Shown: positions 1-9,721, counted from the stretch's first letter. The stretch is DNA of 64,000 nt from Verrucomicrobia bacterium Opi.OSU.00C (GCA_002922725.1 PNEW01000002.1:5811-69810), one strand, 5' to 3'. A program made the numbers and translations. Notes: a model not told the origin generated them from the letters alone.

Positions 1-407
1 AAGGAGACATCATCGAGTGAGAGCCGTGCTATACCTTTCAGGGTATTGATATTAACAGTCATATCTTTAGCTCGGACCAACCCCATCCTCCATGAGGAAA
101 TTTCGTCTTCACTGCTTTCATACATAAAGCAAGGTGGCATCTGATTACCCAATGTTTCCAATACACGTATATCAAGTAGCAGATTCGCATTAAACAAAAA
201 TAGCTCTCGGTTATTTTCCAAAGCTATTTCCGGAAGAATTCTTAAAGGATCGTCGCCAGAAAATTCAATTTCCCGTAGCCGAAAATAAAGATCTAACGGC
301 CTTGGAATATCTAGGGCCGGAATAATCTCTCCTTTGGGGTAAATAATGACTGCAGATTCAACGTTAACTGTATCCAAATATCTCAAGTTGCGTTCAAATA
401 GTGTCAT
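1..407 (-). CDS. hypothetical protein with nucleotidyltransferase-like N-terminus (3' end lies beyond the window edge)
   Basis: The minus-strand frame from ATG 407-405 (MTLFERNLRYLDTVNVESAVIIYPKG...) stays open to position 1; I checked it triplet by triplet. It is absent from the ORF track because it has no in-window stop. A second ATG at 459-457 (MIAILYKTIGPWW...) sits 2 nt after the upstream gene's stop. It joins this frame only if one C of the C6 run 409-414 is removed. Confidence 0.5.
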   Translation of the reverse strand, partial: MTLFERNLRYLDTVNVESAVIIYPKGEIIPALDIPRPLDLYFRLREIEFSGDDPLRILPEIALENNRELFLFNANLLLDIRVLETLGNQMPPCFMYESSEDEISSWRMGLVRAKDMTVNINTLKGIARLSLDDVS

Positions 408-461
408 TCCCCCCAGTCTCCACCATGGACCTATAGTTTTATAAAGTATAGCAATCATTTC

Positions 462-917
462 TTATTGAGCCGTTATGGTGATAGATTGAAATTCAGAACC
501 AAGAAAGAATTTAGTCTTTTCAAACTCTGGTGAAGTGAAAATAGGTCTGATATTATTTGAAAATCCAAATCTTTCTCTATAAACTATATTAAACAATCCT
601 TTATTAAATTTATCGTCGTTATTTTCGTCATGATAAAGAGCAATCGCATACTCTCCAAAAGGGATTTCAGAAATATGTACAATCACCTTTTTCTCTTTGG
701 GTTTAATTACTATCGCTCGAAATTCTTTACCTTTCTTGCAAAATGTGTCACTAGACGTGTAAAGTGCTATTCTGACGTAACCATTATTATTTCTTAATTT
801 CTGAATGTGGATTTCAATTATTCCTTTTTTTAATTCTGGATTGAACTCTTCAGCATCCAAAAAAATACCCGTTAAACTTAAAAAGATTATTAATTTAATG
901 CTTAAGATTTTTGGCAT
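462..917 (-). CDS. DUF2141-family secreted protein
   Basis: Track ORF 462..962. The C-terminal half is typical of the family (FGEYAIALYHDENNDDKFNKG...RERFGFSNN). Internal Met at 917 gives a signal-peptide-like start, MPKILSIKLIIFLSLTGIFL. Confidence 0.65.
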   Translation of the reverse strand: MPKILSIKLIIFLSLTGIFLDAEEFNPELKKGIIEIHIQKLRNNNGYVRIALYTSSDTFCKKGKEFRAIVIKPKEKKVIVHISEIPFGEYAIALYHDENNDDKFNKGLFNIVYRERFGFSNNIRPIFTSPEFEKTKFFLGSEFQSITITAQ

Positions 918-1395
918 TCTATATGAGCCCAATTGAAATTTTTCCATATAAATCCATATCAAATGTCTAATGCAATAGAAAGATTATGCTGAATAATGCA
1001 AATTGTATATCCTTAAACTAAGATCATAACCTTCAAGTTTTAGATAGAAAAGACAGCAGACATAATTACCTGTTTTCATCAAAATAAGAACGGTGCATCT
1101 AACAGGAAATCCGCATAAAAAAAGTCAAAAGGGGAAATATTCGCCAGAATACAGGAGTTCCTGGTGACATACACTTTTTTGATTGTAATATTGTACATGG
1201 CTTCGGATATGATATGTCTCCCCTTCCTCGTAAATTGTTTATCATCTCTTATAATACTATTGATAATAATCCGCGATCTATGAATAAACCACAACCTTAC
1301 TTGGTTGTAGCCCGCCAGTTTGATATTATTGAGTGAGTCTCTTCGAATATTTTAATCTTCTATAATTATTAATTACTGTGTAGTTTAATCCTGTT

Positions 1396-2262
1396 ATGGA
1401 AAACAAACACTTAACTTCCGAAGAGATGGCTTTTATTAAAAATTTTGGCTATCTTACTTTTCCGGGTTTATTTAAAAATGATATCCATCAAATTATTACC
1501 GAGTTTGAAGCGATTTGGTCTAGTAACGGCGGAGGACATAATGGCAAACTCCATGAAGGGATACAGCGTTCATGCATCGCCTCATTTATAGATCAGAGTG
1601 AATACCTATCCTCATTATTGGATGATCCACGAATAGACAATATGATGACCAGTCTACTCGGCGAAGACTACAATTATACCGGAAGCGATGGGAATTATTA
1701 TGCAGGCAATACTCCCTGGCACTCTGATGGTGGATTCACTGAAGGTCAAAGAATAGCTAAGTGGTACAAAGTGGCATTTTACCTCGACCCATTGACACGC
1801 GAATCTGGTGCTTTAAGGGTAATTCCAGGCAGCCATAAACTCAATGATAGTTACGCAGAGACTTTGGAACAGGAAGTAAAAAACTCATTACGAACGGAAG
1901 AGCAGAAACTTTTTGGAGTTAAGGGGAAAGAGATACCTGCAATGGCTTTGGAAACAAATCCAGGTGATGTCGCAATATTCAACCATGCCACCAAACATAG
2001 CAGTTGGGGAGGCGGGGGGAAACGGCGCATGTTTACCATGAACTTTTCAAGCAGATATAAGCCCAAACATTTACATTATCTTCGTGACGTAATTAGCCGA
2101 AATTCCAGATTTTGGATAGACTCAACCTATGGGCAAATACTACTGAAAACAGCGGGGCCTAACAGGATGCGACATCTTGAACAAGTTCTCGCAAATCAAG
2201 ATCATCTTCCTGAAGAGTCTCGTAAAGCAAAAGAAACGATGAGTGAACCCGCTCGTGGTTGA
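1396..2262 (+). CDS. phytanoyl-CoA dioxygenase (PhyH) family Fe(II)/2-oxoglutarate oxygenase
   Basis: 288 aa. HxD-type metal motif in TPWHSDGG and a distal His in IFNHATKHSS. Length and layout are typical of PhyH-like proteins. Confidence 0.75.
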   Translation: MENKHLTSEEMAFIKNFGYLTFPGLFKNDIHQIITEFEAIWSSNGGGHNGKLHEGIQRSCIASFIDQSEYLSSLLDDPRIDNMMTSLLGEDYNYTGSDGNYYAGNTPWHSDGGFTEGQRIAKWYKVAFYLDPLTRESGALRVIPGSHKLNDSYAETLEQEVKNSLRTEEQKLFGVKGKEIPAMALETNPGDVAIFNHATKHSSWGGGGKRRMFTMNFSSRYKPKHLHYLRDVISRNSRFWIDSTYGQILLKTAGPNRMRHLEQVLANQDHLPEESRKAKETMSEPARG

Positions 2263-2314
2263 TTAACAAGGATTAAATCTCTTAAACAAATATATACGGG
2301 GGTTATGCTAGATT

Positions 2315-3157
2315 TTAATATAAGCTAGTGAGATCAACTTTACAAATATGCCACCCTCCCAAACTAGCAACAAAGAGTTCATAATCATTACGTAAAGCAA
2401 TATTCGTTGGATGATTCAGTTTAGAGTAGATCTTATCCTCAACTAGGAGTTCTGCCTCATTTCTATCATTGACAATGAATATCCGGTTAGGATCAAAACA
2501 GGTGATAAAAAGTTGTCCCTTAGTATTAAGAGCGAGTCCATCTGGAACATGACCGTCTGGCATACGCACATATAGCCGCTTAGGTCCAGCACTACCGTCT
2601 TCATTAATGGACACGGCTGTAACTCCTGGTAAGTAGCTCTCCACAATATAGAGTGTATCACTATCCAAGGACAATGCTATCCCATTAGCAATAATGCAAT
2701 CTTCACTCATCCATAACTCACTTTTACCAGTTGCCAGATCAAATCGCCATATTCCTGGGCCATTTTCCTGGCTGTTTGAAACATAAAGTGCATTACGTTT
2801 TTCATCTACAACTACGTAATTTGGAACAGTCATTTTTTCATCACCGTCAATGCCAACAAGACAATCTAGCTTAACCCCATTCTCATCAAATACCGTTACA
2901 CACTTATGACCAGAATCGCATACATATATACGTCGTTGAGAGTCCATAGCTAACCCCAAATGATAACCATCTGTTTTTGATAACATTTCAATTTCCGAAC
3001 CATCCTTATTAATACGGTATAATTCACCATGTTCACCTCCACACCATATATTTCCGTCCGGATCTACCATAATCCCTTCTGGATGGTTAAGACGGATCTT
3101 GGAATAACGCGCAAAATGAAAAATACTGACAGAATCTAAACTAAGGAGAGGTTTCAT
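2315..3157 (-). CDS. SMP-30/gluconolactonase/LRE-like beta-propeller protein
   Basis: 280 aa. Repeated propeller-blade motifs: PEGIMVDPDGNIW, ANGIALSLDSDTLYIVES, PDGLALNTKGQLFI. Confidence 0.75.
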   Translation of the reverse strand: MKPLLSLDSVSIFHFARYSKIRLNHPEGIMVDPDGNIWCGGEHGELYRINKDGSEIEMLSKTDGYHLGLAMDSQRRIYVCDSGHKCVTVFDENGVKLDCLVGIDGDEKMTVPNYVVVDEKRNALYVSNSQENGPGIWRFDLATGKSELWMSEDCIIANGIALSLDSDTLYIVESYLPGVTAVSINEDGSAGPKRLYVRMPDGHVPDGLALNTKGQLFITCFDPNRIFIVNDRNEAELLVEDKIYSKLNHPTNIALRNDYELFVASLGGWHICKVDLTSLY

Positions 3158-3186
3158 TAGCTAATATTAAAATTATTTGTGGTTTA

Positions 3187-3963
3187 TTATTCTATAAATC
3201 GTGGGTTGGTTGTAAGTCCACCGTCAACCATAAGTTCAGCGCCAGTGACAAAACTCGAATCATCAGAACCAAGAAAAGAAGCAACCCCAGCAACTTCATC
3301 GGGATCTCCAATCCTATTCATCGGATGCATGCCGATCCAGGATTTCATAAGATTTTCTCCGCCTGGTTTCGTAATGAGCTTCGCATTCATTTCCGTGTTG
3401 ATAGTTCCGGGAGATATGCTGTTTACCCGAATGTTTTGGGGAGCAAACTCTTTAGCCAGTTGGCGAGTCATAGAAATAATTGCCCCTTTTGCCGCAGTGT
3501 AAGCAGTGAATGTATCAAGCCCTACATGTGCCGCTGCCGATGCAATATTAATAATCGACCCCCCCTCTCCTTTTTGCATGTAAGGAATGACAAATTTACA
3601 TCCACGATATACACTGGAGAGATTGGTATTAATAACTTTATTCCAATCGTCTTCGGCCATTTCTGTAATTGTAATACCAATGGCTATGGCTGCATTGTTA
3701 CAAAGAATATCGATTTTACCAAAGTGGCCTATTGTTTGCTCAACAGCTGAAGAAACCTCATCTGAATTTCCAACATCACAAGTTATAGCGTGTACTTCTC
3801 CTCCTTGAGCCTGTATGGACCTCGCTTCTTCTCTACATTTTTTTTCCTGGATGTCTATCATTGCAACTTTTGCTCCTTCACGGGCAAATCGTTGTGAAAT
3901 TGCTAACCCTATGCCGTCTGCTCCACCAGTGATTATAGCAACCTTATCTTTTAATTTCCCCAT
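3187..3963 (-). CDS. SDR family oxidoreductase (FabG-like)
   Basis: 258 aa. TGGADGIG cofactor loop, NNAA motif and catalytic YTAAKGA. Confidence 0.9.
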   Translation of the reverse strand: MGKLKDKVAIITGGADGIGLAISQRFAREGAKVAMIDIQEKKCREEARSIQAQGGEVHAITCDVGNSDEVSSAVEQTIGHFGKIDILCNNAAIAIGITITEMAEDDWNKVINTNLSSVYRGCKFVIPYMQKGEGGSIINIASAAAHVGLDTFTAYTAAKGAIISMTRQLAKEFAPQNIRVNSISPGTINTEMNAKLITKPGGENLMKSWIGMHPMNRIGDPDEVAGVASFLGSDDSSFVTGAELMVDGGLTTNPRFIE

Positions 3964-4245
3964 ATTTGATCCTGAATATTAACTAAATTGAGTGTCAAGT
4001 TTTATGCGGAAATCTTATCATCTAATCGATTATTCAATAGTAAAGGGTTATCCACAGTTGGAATTTCTTTGTGCTCACACATAACTCTAACTATTATTTA
4101 AACATTATATTTATTCTTTATGAGCCAAGTAATTGTAATTAGACACCCTAAAGAGCGTAAGAGTAAATGTAGCCTTGCTTCTCTACATAACCATCACCTT
4201 ATTACTTTTTATAATGCACACAAGGATTTCCGTTTTGATGCAACA

Positions 4246-4328
4246 GGCTATATATTACTTACACTGAATACTTCCCCGTTAACATCTCAAGATTCTGGAC
4301 ATTCTTTCATTATCCTGGACAGCACTTG
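4246..4328. repeat. 83-bp direct duplication, copy 1 (flanks the adapter block)
   Basis: Identical to 4550-4632 at 80 of 83 positions by hand alignment. Differences are at 4257, 4263 and 4287. Confidence 0.95.
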
Positions 4329-4550
4329 TCTCTTATACACATCTGACGCTGCCGACGATATGCAGTGTCTAGTTTTCAGCGGGTTCTCGAGAGAGTTGCA
4401 TTAATTGTTTCTGACTCCCCTGCATATACGTTTTTTCCGTTGATCTTGCTTTCATTGGTTACTTATGTCATGGCATTTTTTTTTTCAATAATAAGAAGGC
4501 ATACTAATTTAGAGAGTTCTCGTGGGCTCGGAGATGTGTATAAGAGACAG
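4327..4550. other. Illumina Nextera library construct (adapter contamination / assembly artefact)
   Basis: 4327-4358 is TGTCTCTTATACACATCTGACGCTGCCGACGA, the reverse complement of the read-1 adapter plus Tn5 mosaic end. 4359-4366 is TATGCAGT, the reverse complement of i5 index ACTGCATA. 4486-4509 matches P7 CAAGCAGAAGACGGCATACGAGAT at 17/24. 4510-4517 resembles the i7 oligo GTAGAGAG. 4518-4550 is TCTCGTGGGCTCGGAGATGTGTATAAGAGACAG, the read-2 adapter. Confidence 0.97.
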
Positions 4551-4632
4551 GCTATATATTCCTTACGCTGAATACTTCCCCGTTAACATCACAAGATTCT
4601 GGACATTCTTTCATTATCCTGGACAGCACTTG
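4550..4632. repeat. 83-bp direct duplication, copy 2
   Basis: Second copy of 4246-4328. It begins immediately after the read-2 adapter/mosaic end. Confidence 0.95.
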
Positions 4633-4895
4633 GCGCCTCATTCCGCATCTTGAAGACTGTATTGAAGGAGAGCCAATACGACGTTCTCTACCTAAAAATA
4701 TTAAAACTGCCTATCCTCGAACAAGTAAAATTTTTGAAGATCCAGAAGGAGGGCTCGCCTCAATTGAAGCACTTTATCTAGCCATGAAGATTGTAGGTGA
4801 AGATAATCCATCGCTCCTTAATGAGTATTATTGGAAAGAGCAATTTCTTAGTGGGCTACGTCAAACAAAGAAAGTCGATTAATAAGTTTGATCTC

Positions 4896-5390
4896 ATGAA
4901 ACTATACTTACTAAGACACGCGGAAGCCCAATCAACTTATCCTGACGAAAAGCGCTCATTGAGTGAGAGAGGGAAGAATACTACTATTGAATTAGCTAAT
5001 TTTTTGAAGGCAAAGGGTGCCATAGCTATCGATGAAATCCGTCACAGCAGCCTTGCTCGTACTGGCGAAACAGCACAAATATTTAATGCTGAGATGAATC
5101 TAGGTCTACCCTTGAATAAAATCACCGGCCTAGCACCTTTAGATGATGTGCGAATACTCGCCAATCAACTACAAATAGAAGAGAAAAATATTATGCTCGT
5201 TGGCCATTTACCACAGCTTTCAACCCTTGCCTCATACCTTATAACAAAGGATGAAGGATCAATTCTATTTAACTTAAATACCTGCGGATTAATTGCACTT
5301 GAACGCTATGAGGGCTATTCCACAAATAAAGATAACAATCCGCTCTGGGTTATACAATGGATGCTTGATCCTCAATTATATGTGAGTTAG
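4896..5390 (+). CDS. sixA: phosphohistidine phosphatase SixA-like (histidine phosphatase superfamily)
   Basis: The internal ATG at 4896 gives MKLYLLRHAEAQ...RSLSERG (RHG-type catalytic motif) and VGHLPQLSTLASYL near the C-terminus. The upstream part of track ORF 4797..5390 overlaps the DTW gene's 3' end. Confidence 0.7.
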   Translation: MKLYLLRHAEAQSTYPDEKRSLSERGKNTTIELANFLKAKGAIAIDEIRHSSLARTGETAQIFNAEMNLGLPLNKITGLAPLDDVRILANQLQIEEKNIMLVGHLPQLSTLASYLITKDEGSILFNLNTCGLIALERYEGYSTNKDNNPLWVIQWMLDPQLYVS

Positions 5391-5455
5391 GGTGAATTGG
5401 GTTCAACAATAAACTTTTCGACAAACCCGCAGGAGTCGCGAAGTGAAAGCTTTAT

Positions 5456-6265
5456 TTAAACAGCAGCAGGTAATAGATCAGTATTAAGCCCCCGATTCAT
5501 TATGTCATTGCCCCGAACAAGGTAATATATTCGATGAAAGTCACTATTATCACGGTAATCTTGATAAACTTTTTCCGCCATTTCATCTTCAGCTCCCATG
5601 TACCGCAAAACGAGTACACGACGCCACCTATCTGAATTATTTGGCACTGAGTTATGTGGTATCATCGTATCATGAATACACATTTGCCCTGCACGCACCT
5701 TGTACTGCACTTTCACTTGATCTATATTTTCTGGCAGTACAGCTGGATCAATTTCTTCTGAAAAAAATTGTTCATTCCCATAAAGTCTTTTTAGAGTACC
5801 TTTTTTGTGCCATCCAGGAATGATTGCCATCGCCCCATTATCTTCATCAATATCATCGAATGCTATCCATACCCCACCCGAAAGATTCTTTGATACATTC
5901 CAGTATGGCGCATCCTGGTGCCATGGGATGGCTTCCCCTGTACGGGGCTGTTTGCACAATAAATGAGAGGACCATAAAACAATATTAGGACCAACTTGCT
6001 TTTCTAAAAGATCCAATAATTTCGGCTCTGTAGCCAAATCAATCATCCACTGCGCTCCCAATTGATGGGCAGATACAATCATATGTTTAGGCAATTCTTC
6101 GCAAACCTGTGTTGTCATCCGATCAATTTTATCTCGACAGTAAATCAGCGCTTCATCAGTCAAAAATTTATCACAGATGTGATACCCTTCTTTAAGGTAA
6201 TGTAAGTTTTCTTCATCTCCATAATGGAAAGCCTCGTGTATCATGGTATAAGGGTTAGTAGTCAT
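5456..6265 (-). CDS. phytanoyl-CoA dioxygenase (PhyH) family oxygenase
   Basis: 269 aa. IPWHQDAPYW (HxD) and a distal His in IPHNSVPN. Confidence 0.75.
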   Translation of the reverse strand: MTTNPYTMIHEAFHYGDEENLHYLKEGYHICDKFLTDEALIYCRDKIDRMTTQVCEELPKHMIVSAHQLGAQWMIDLATEPKLLDLLEKQVGPNIVLWSSHLLCKQPRTGEAIPWHQDAPYWNVSKNLSGGVWIAFDDIDEDNGAMAIIPGWHKKGTLKRLYGNEQFFSEEIDPAVLPENIDQVKVQYKVRAGQMCIHDTMIPHNSVPNNSDRWRRVLVLRYMGAEDEMAEKVYQDYRDNSDFHRIYYLVRGNDIMNRGLNTDLLPAAV

Positions 6266-6650
6266 TTAAATATGCTTATTTATTACATTGATTATTAATT
6301 ACGATATGGTGCCTTTAGAGATTAAAAAGTCAATAACCCGTATGGGTGATTTAGCTACATTTTCGTTGTAAAATACTGATCTAAGCCCAGCCCTCACAAA
6401 GAAAATAATCATCCATTGCTTGTACTGGATAGGTTTATGCAAATCTAATAGAAATAATAGAGGGGTTCAATTTACTTATTAAAATTTAATCCTACTTAGA
6501 TCTATTTAAACTTCAAAAGTTGTATTTATTATATAATTTATAACTGATTCCCCTACCTTCAATTTATATCCGGATCAATTACCTTTAGTATTAGGTGCTT
6601 ATAAAAAAATATTTACTACCCATCTTAATTTTACCCACCATTAATTATTA

Positions 6651-7556
6651 ATGAATAAATATATAGGTAAAATTATCTCCCAATGGGAGAGTAGCGATGG
6701 TAATATTTTCAACTATACTTATTGGCCCTCTAATAAGAGGGCTGAAGTCCAACCGGACGTGGTGCTCATTGCGGTCCACGGATTAAGTGGATCGGCAAAT
6801 GATTTCTACCCTTTGGCTAATCACTTATCAAATAAAAATTATGTTACCTACGCCTATGAAATGCGCACCCAAGGAAATGATCCCAAAGTTAAACGTCGTG
6901 GGGACCTTATCGATTGGCATATACTGATAAGTGACCTTAAAGATTTTTGCGATTATGTTTACACCTTACACCCTGAAGCCACACATATACTTGCCGGTGA
7001 AAGCATGGGCGCTGTAGTTACGATCAATGCTTGCTCTATTGAAAATTATCTTTCCCATGTCGAAGGTCTGATTTTATTTGCCCCTGTAACTGAATTAGAT
7101 ATCCATTTTCAGCAATGGCAGATTTATATATTTCGCTTATTGACGAAGATTTTACCCTTGATAAAATTTTCCCCTGGATGGTTCAATAATAGTAGAGGCC
7201 GATCAAGGCGCATTAGTAGTGACGACGTATACGAAAAATACCTCCAACAGGCGCCGTATAGAATAAAATATTTTACCGCTAGATTTTATTATTCTTTATT
7301 TAAAATGGTTGAAAATTGTAACCTGGCAGCCAGTAAAATAAATTTACCTGTATTACTTCTTTATGCCGGTAATGATATTTATATAAAAACAAACAAAGTT
7401 GAATCATTTTTCGCACATCTAAATAGCATAGATAAACATAAACAATTATATCCCGATGCTTTTCATTTATTGCTGCATGATACAATTACACCTAAGGTTC
7501 TTAATATGGTTGAAAACTGGATTGATCGGTTACATTACTCCATTAAAGGCAATTGA
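6651..7556 (+). CDS. alpha/beta hydrolase (lysophospholipase/monoacylglycerol lipase-like)
   Basis: 301 aa. Oxyanion region HGLSGSANDF, nucleophile elbow GESMGA and a C-terminal His in AFHLLLHD. Confidence 0.8.
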   Translation: MNKYIGKIISQWESSDGNIFNYTYWPSNKRAEVQPDVVLIAVHGLSGSANDFYPLANHLSNKNYVTYAYEMRTQGNDPKVKRRGDLIDWHILISDLKDFCDYVYTLHPEATHILAGESMGAVVTINACSIENYLSHVEGLILFAPVTELDIHFQQWQIYIFRLLTKILPLIKFSPGWFNNSRGRSRRISSDDVYEKYLQQAPYRIKYFTARFYYSLFKMVENCNLAASKINLPVLLLYAGNDIYIKTNKVESFFAHLNSIDKHKQLYPDAFHLLLHDTITPKVLNMVENWIDRLHYSIKGN

Positions 7557-7670
7557 GTAAAATAAGACTAAACAACCTTAAATTATAGTGTAAGAATGAT
7601 AGTTAAAATTTTGTTTATTCATTCTAAAACGTTGCTCTAATTAATTCTTTTTATACAATATCTTACTATC

Positions 7671-9536
7671 GTGGAAACAAAACCATCTGTACCTCCATCC
7701 AATAAATATTTAAAAATGTGGAGAGGTGTCAGAAGAGGATTTACCTTACTCGCCGAAAATAACCAGCTAGATTTCTTTCCTATTCTCGGTGTTTTAAAAT
7801 ATTATAACAAGAGTAAGCTAAAAAGTGATTTTCGCGCCGCGGTAAACGTAGCACTACTTACTTTTCCACAAGGTATGGCTTACGCGTTAATCGCTGGTAT
7901 TCCTATACAGTATGGTGTTTTCGGCGCAGCCATAGCTTCGATTTTAGGGCCGATATTTTCTGGGTCTCGGTATATCACATTGGGTCCGACAAACGCAACT
8001 GCGGTATTGTTCTTTAGTTCATTTCTTGCAATTGGAGGAACGGCATTAGCAAAGGTTGTGATGATGCCACTTCTTCTCTTCATGGTTGGGGTGATTATGA
8101 TTGTTGGAGCTTACCTTCGCGTTGCTAATCTTATCCAATATATTTCACGCAGTGTGATATCCGGGTATATAACAGGTGCCGCTATTCTGATTATCGCCAA
8201 CCAGCTAAAAAGTGTACTTGGATTTGAAATAGAAGGAGCCTTTACATTTTATCATGTTTGTCGACAGACGTTAGCTTCTTTGCCCCTTATCCATTGGCCT
8301 TCAGTTATAATAAGTATAATTACAGTTATTGTATATTTCTACCTCTTGAGGAAATTTAAAAAGCTTCCTACCGTCGCCATCACATTGCTAATTATGGGCG
8401 TAATCGCAATCGTTATTAATTATTTAATTCAATCACCCCTATTTGCTCACATAGATTTGCCCTCCCTATCTATGCTCAATTCGATCAATGCTAGTAATTG
8501 GGTTTTTAGTCCTCCTGATTTTAATTTCGAATGGATAAGTCAATTAGCAAGTTTAGCATTGGCTATTTCCTTTATCGCCATTTTGGAAGGAGCATCAATC
8601 GGTAAATCATTAGCTGCTCGTTCAGGTGATCACCTTGATACTAATCAAGAGATGTTAAGTATTGGGGTCGCTAATCTTTGCTGTGGCTTCCTTTCTGGAA
8701 TGCCTGCTTCTGGTTCACTGACCCGATCAACACTCAATTTTATGTGTGGTGCTGCAACTAGATGTTCAAATATTATTACCGGAATTTTCTGTATAATCGG
8801 TGTCTTTAGTTTTGGTCCATTCATCAGCTACATCCCTAAAGCATCTCTTGCAATAGTTGTAATTATTATTGGAGCATCACTTATCAATCGGCACACGATA
8901 CAGGTAGTTATGAAAGCTACTCGGTCAGATGCGATTGTTTTCATAACCACCTTTATTGGGACACTGCTTTTCCGTTTAGATACGGCAATCTATTTTGGTG
9001 TAGGAATATCTATTCTACTTTTCTTACGTAAAGCAGCAATACCAGAGTTAATAGAATATACTTTCACGAACGAAGGTCATTTAACCCAACTTGAGAACAA
9101 GACAAGAACAAACCCTGAAATTTCAATCGTCCACATCGAAGGTGAATTATTTTTTGGTGCGGTTGAGCTCTTTCGGGATCAAATGCGGAGAATTGTTGAA
9201 GACCCAAACTTGAAAATTGTTGTATTGAAGATGCGTAACGCTCACCACTTAGATGCAACCAGTGTTTTAGAATTGGAAGAACTTACTATATACATGAAAG
9301 ATCTAAATCGACACCTACTTTTAAGCGAGACAAGAAAAGATGTCATTCGTGTCTTAAAAAATTCAGGGTTATTGAACATAATTGGCCGTCAAAATATATT
9401 CCCTGACATCACACAAAATCCTACTTTGTCCACTGCTAGAGCTCTTAAACGAGCACAAAAGTTACTAGGCGACAAGAAGGCAAAAATAAGCATTTACGCC
9501 GATAAATCAAAATTAGCAAAGATAGATCCTATGTAA
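7671..9536 (+). CDS. SulP family inorganic anion (sulfate) permease with C-terminal STAS domain
   Basis: 621 aa with a GTG start. Multi-pass hydrophobic core with SulP-type FPQGMAYALIAG, then a soluble STAS-like tail (IVHIEGELFFGAVE...HLDATSVLELEEL). Confidence 0.9.
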   Translation: METKPSVPPSNKYLKMWRGVRRGFTLLAENNQLDFFPILGVLKYYNKSKLKSDFRAAVNVALLTFPQGMAYALIAGIPIQYGVFGAAIASILGPIFSGSRYITLGPTNATAVLFFSSFLAIGGTALAKVVMMPLLLFMVGVIMIVGAYLRVANLIQYISRSVISGYITGAAILIIANQLKSVLGFEIEGAFTFYHVCRQTLASLPLIHWPSVIISIITVIVYFYLLRKFKKLPTVAITLLIMGVIAIVINYLIQSPLFAHIDLPSLSMLNSINASNWVFSPPDFNFEWISQLASLALAISFIAILEGASIGKSLAARSGDHLDTNQEMLSIGVANLCCGFLSGMPASGSLTRSTLNFMCGAATRCSNIITGIFCIIGVFSFGPFISYIPKASLAIVVIIIGASLINRHTIQVVMKATRSDAIVFITTFIGTLLFRLDTAIYFGVGISILLFLRKAAIPELIEYTFTNEGHLTQLENKTRTNPEISIVHIEGELFFGAVELFRDQMRRIVEDPNLKIVVLKMRNAHHLDATSVLELEELTIYMKDLNRHLLLSETRKDVIRVLKNSGLLNIIGRQNIFPDITQNPTLSTARALKRAQKLLGDKKAKISIYADKSKLAKIDPM

Positions 9537-9721
9537 CCTATATATCCAATTTTACAATAGGTTCTCACACCCTAGGAATGGTCTAAATAATCTTCTTATT
9601 ACTGAACACGAATTGTTAAATTGAATTATTAATTTATATATTATACTCGAGATATTTAGATGTACTTTTTTAAAGGCTGGTTGAATTAATTTTGTCATTA
9701 TTCGACAATCCCATATTTGAT

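Larger units (their letters stand above)
4120..4882 (+). pseudogene. DTW-domain protein (tRNA-uridine aminocarboxypropyltransferase family), split in this assembly by an adapter artefact
   Basis: Frame 1 reads MSQVIVIRHPKERKSKCSL...SFIILDST up to 4328. Frame 2 resumes at 4633 with W-RLIPHLEDCIEGEPIRR...RQTKKVD and stops at 4880-4882. Deleting 4329-4632 (304 bp) gives one 459-nt ORF of 152 aa with the RHPxE and D-S-T-W motifs. Confidence 0.7.

Noticed and set aside
1079-1294. The 71-aa minus-strand ORF in the 963-1395 spacer.
   Set aside because: It has no family resemblance and is an isolated short ORF in AT-rich spacer. It is probably spurious.
3179-3808. Antisense or shadow ORFs overlapping real genes: 3179..3502, 3325..3750 and 3587..3808. 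The same applies to 21598..21927, 39851..40240, 54843..55251 and 62281..62712.
   Set aside because: Each lies opposite or out of frame to a strongly supported gene, and each has low-complexity, family-less sequence.
4048-4056. A perfect DnaA box TTATCCACA in the spacer upstream of the DTW gene, as a possible oriC.
   Set aside because: It is a single box. I saw no cluster of further boxes, no AT-rich unwinding repeats, and no dnaA or dnaN nearby.
4329-4571. The C-terminus of ORF 4120..4404, and ORF 4365..4571, as genuine small proteins.
   Set aside because: Their sequences are translations of adapter DNA (LLYTSDAADD, GLGDVYKRQ) and of low-complexity read-through junk.
4246-4632. An insertion flanked by 83-bp direct repeats, which looks superficially like a mobile element with a target-site duplication.
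   Set aside because: The inserted DNA is bounded by exact Illumina Nextera adapter and mosaic-end sequences with recognisable index sequences. It encodes no transposase. It is library or assembly contamination.
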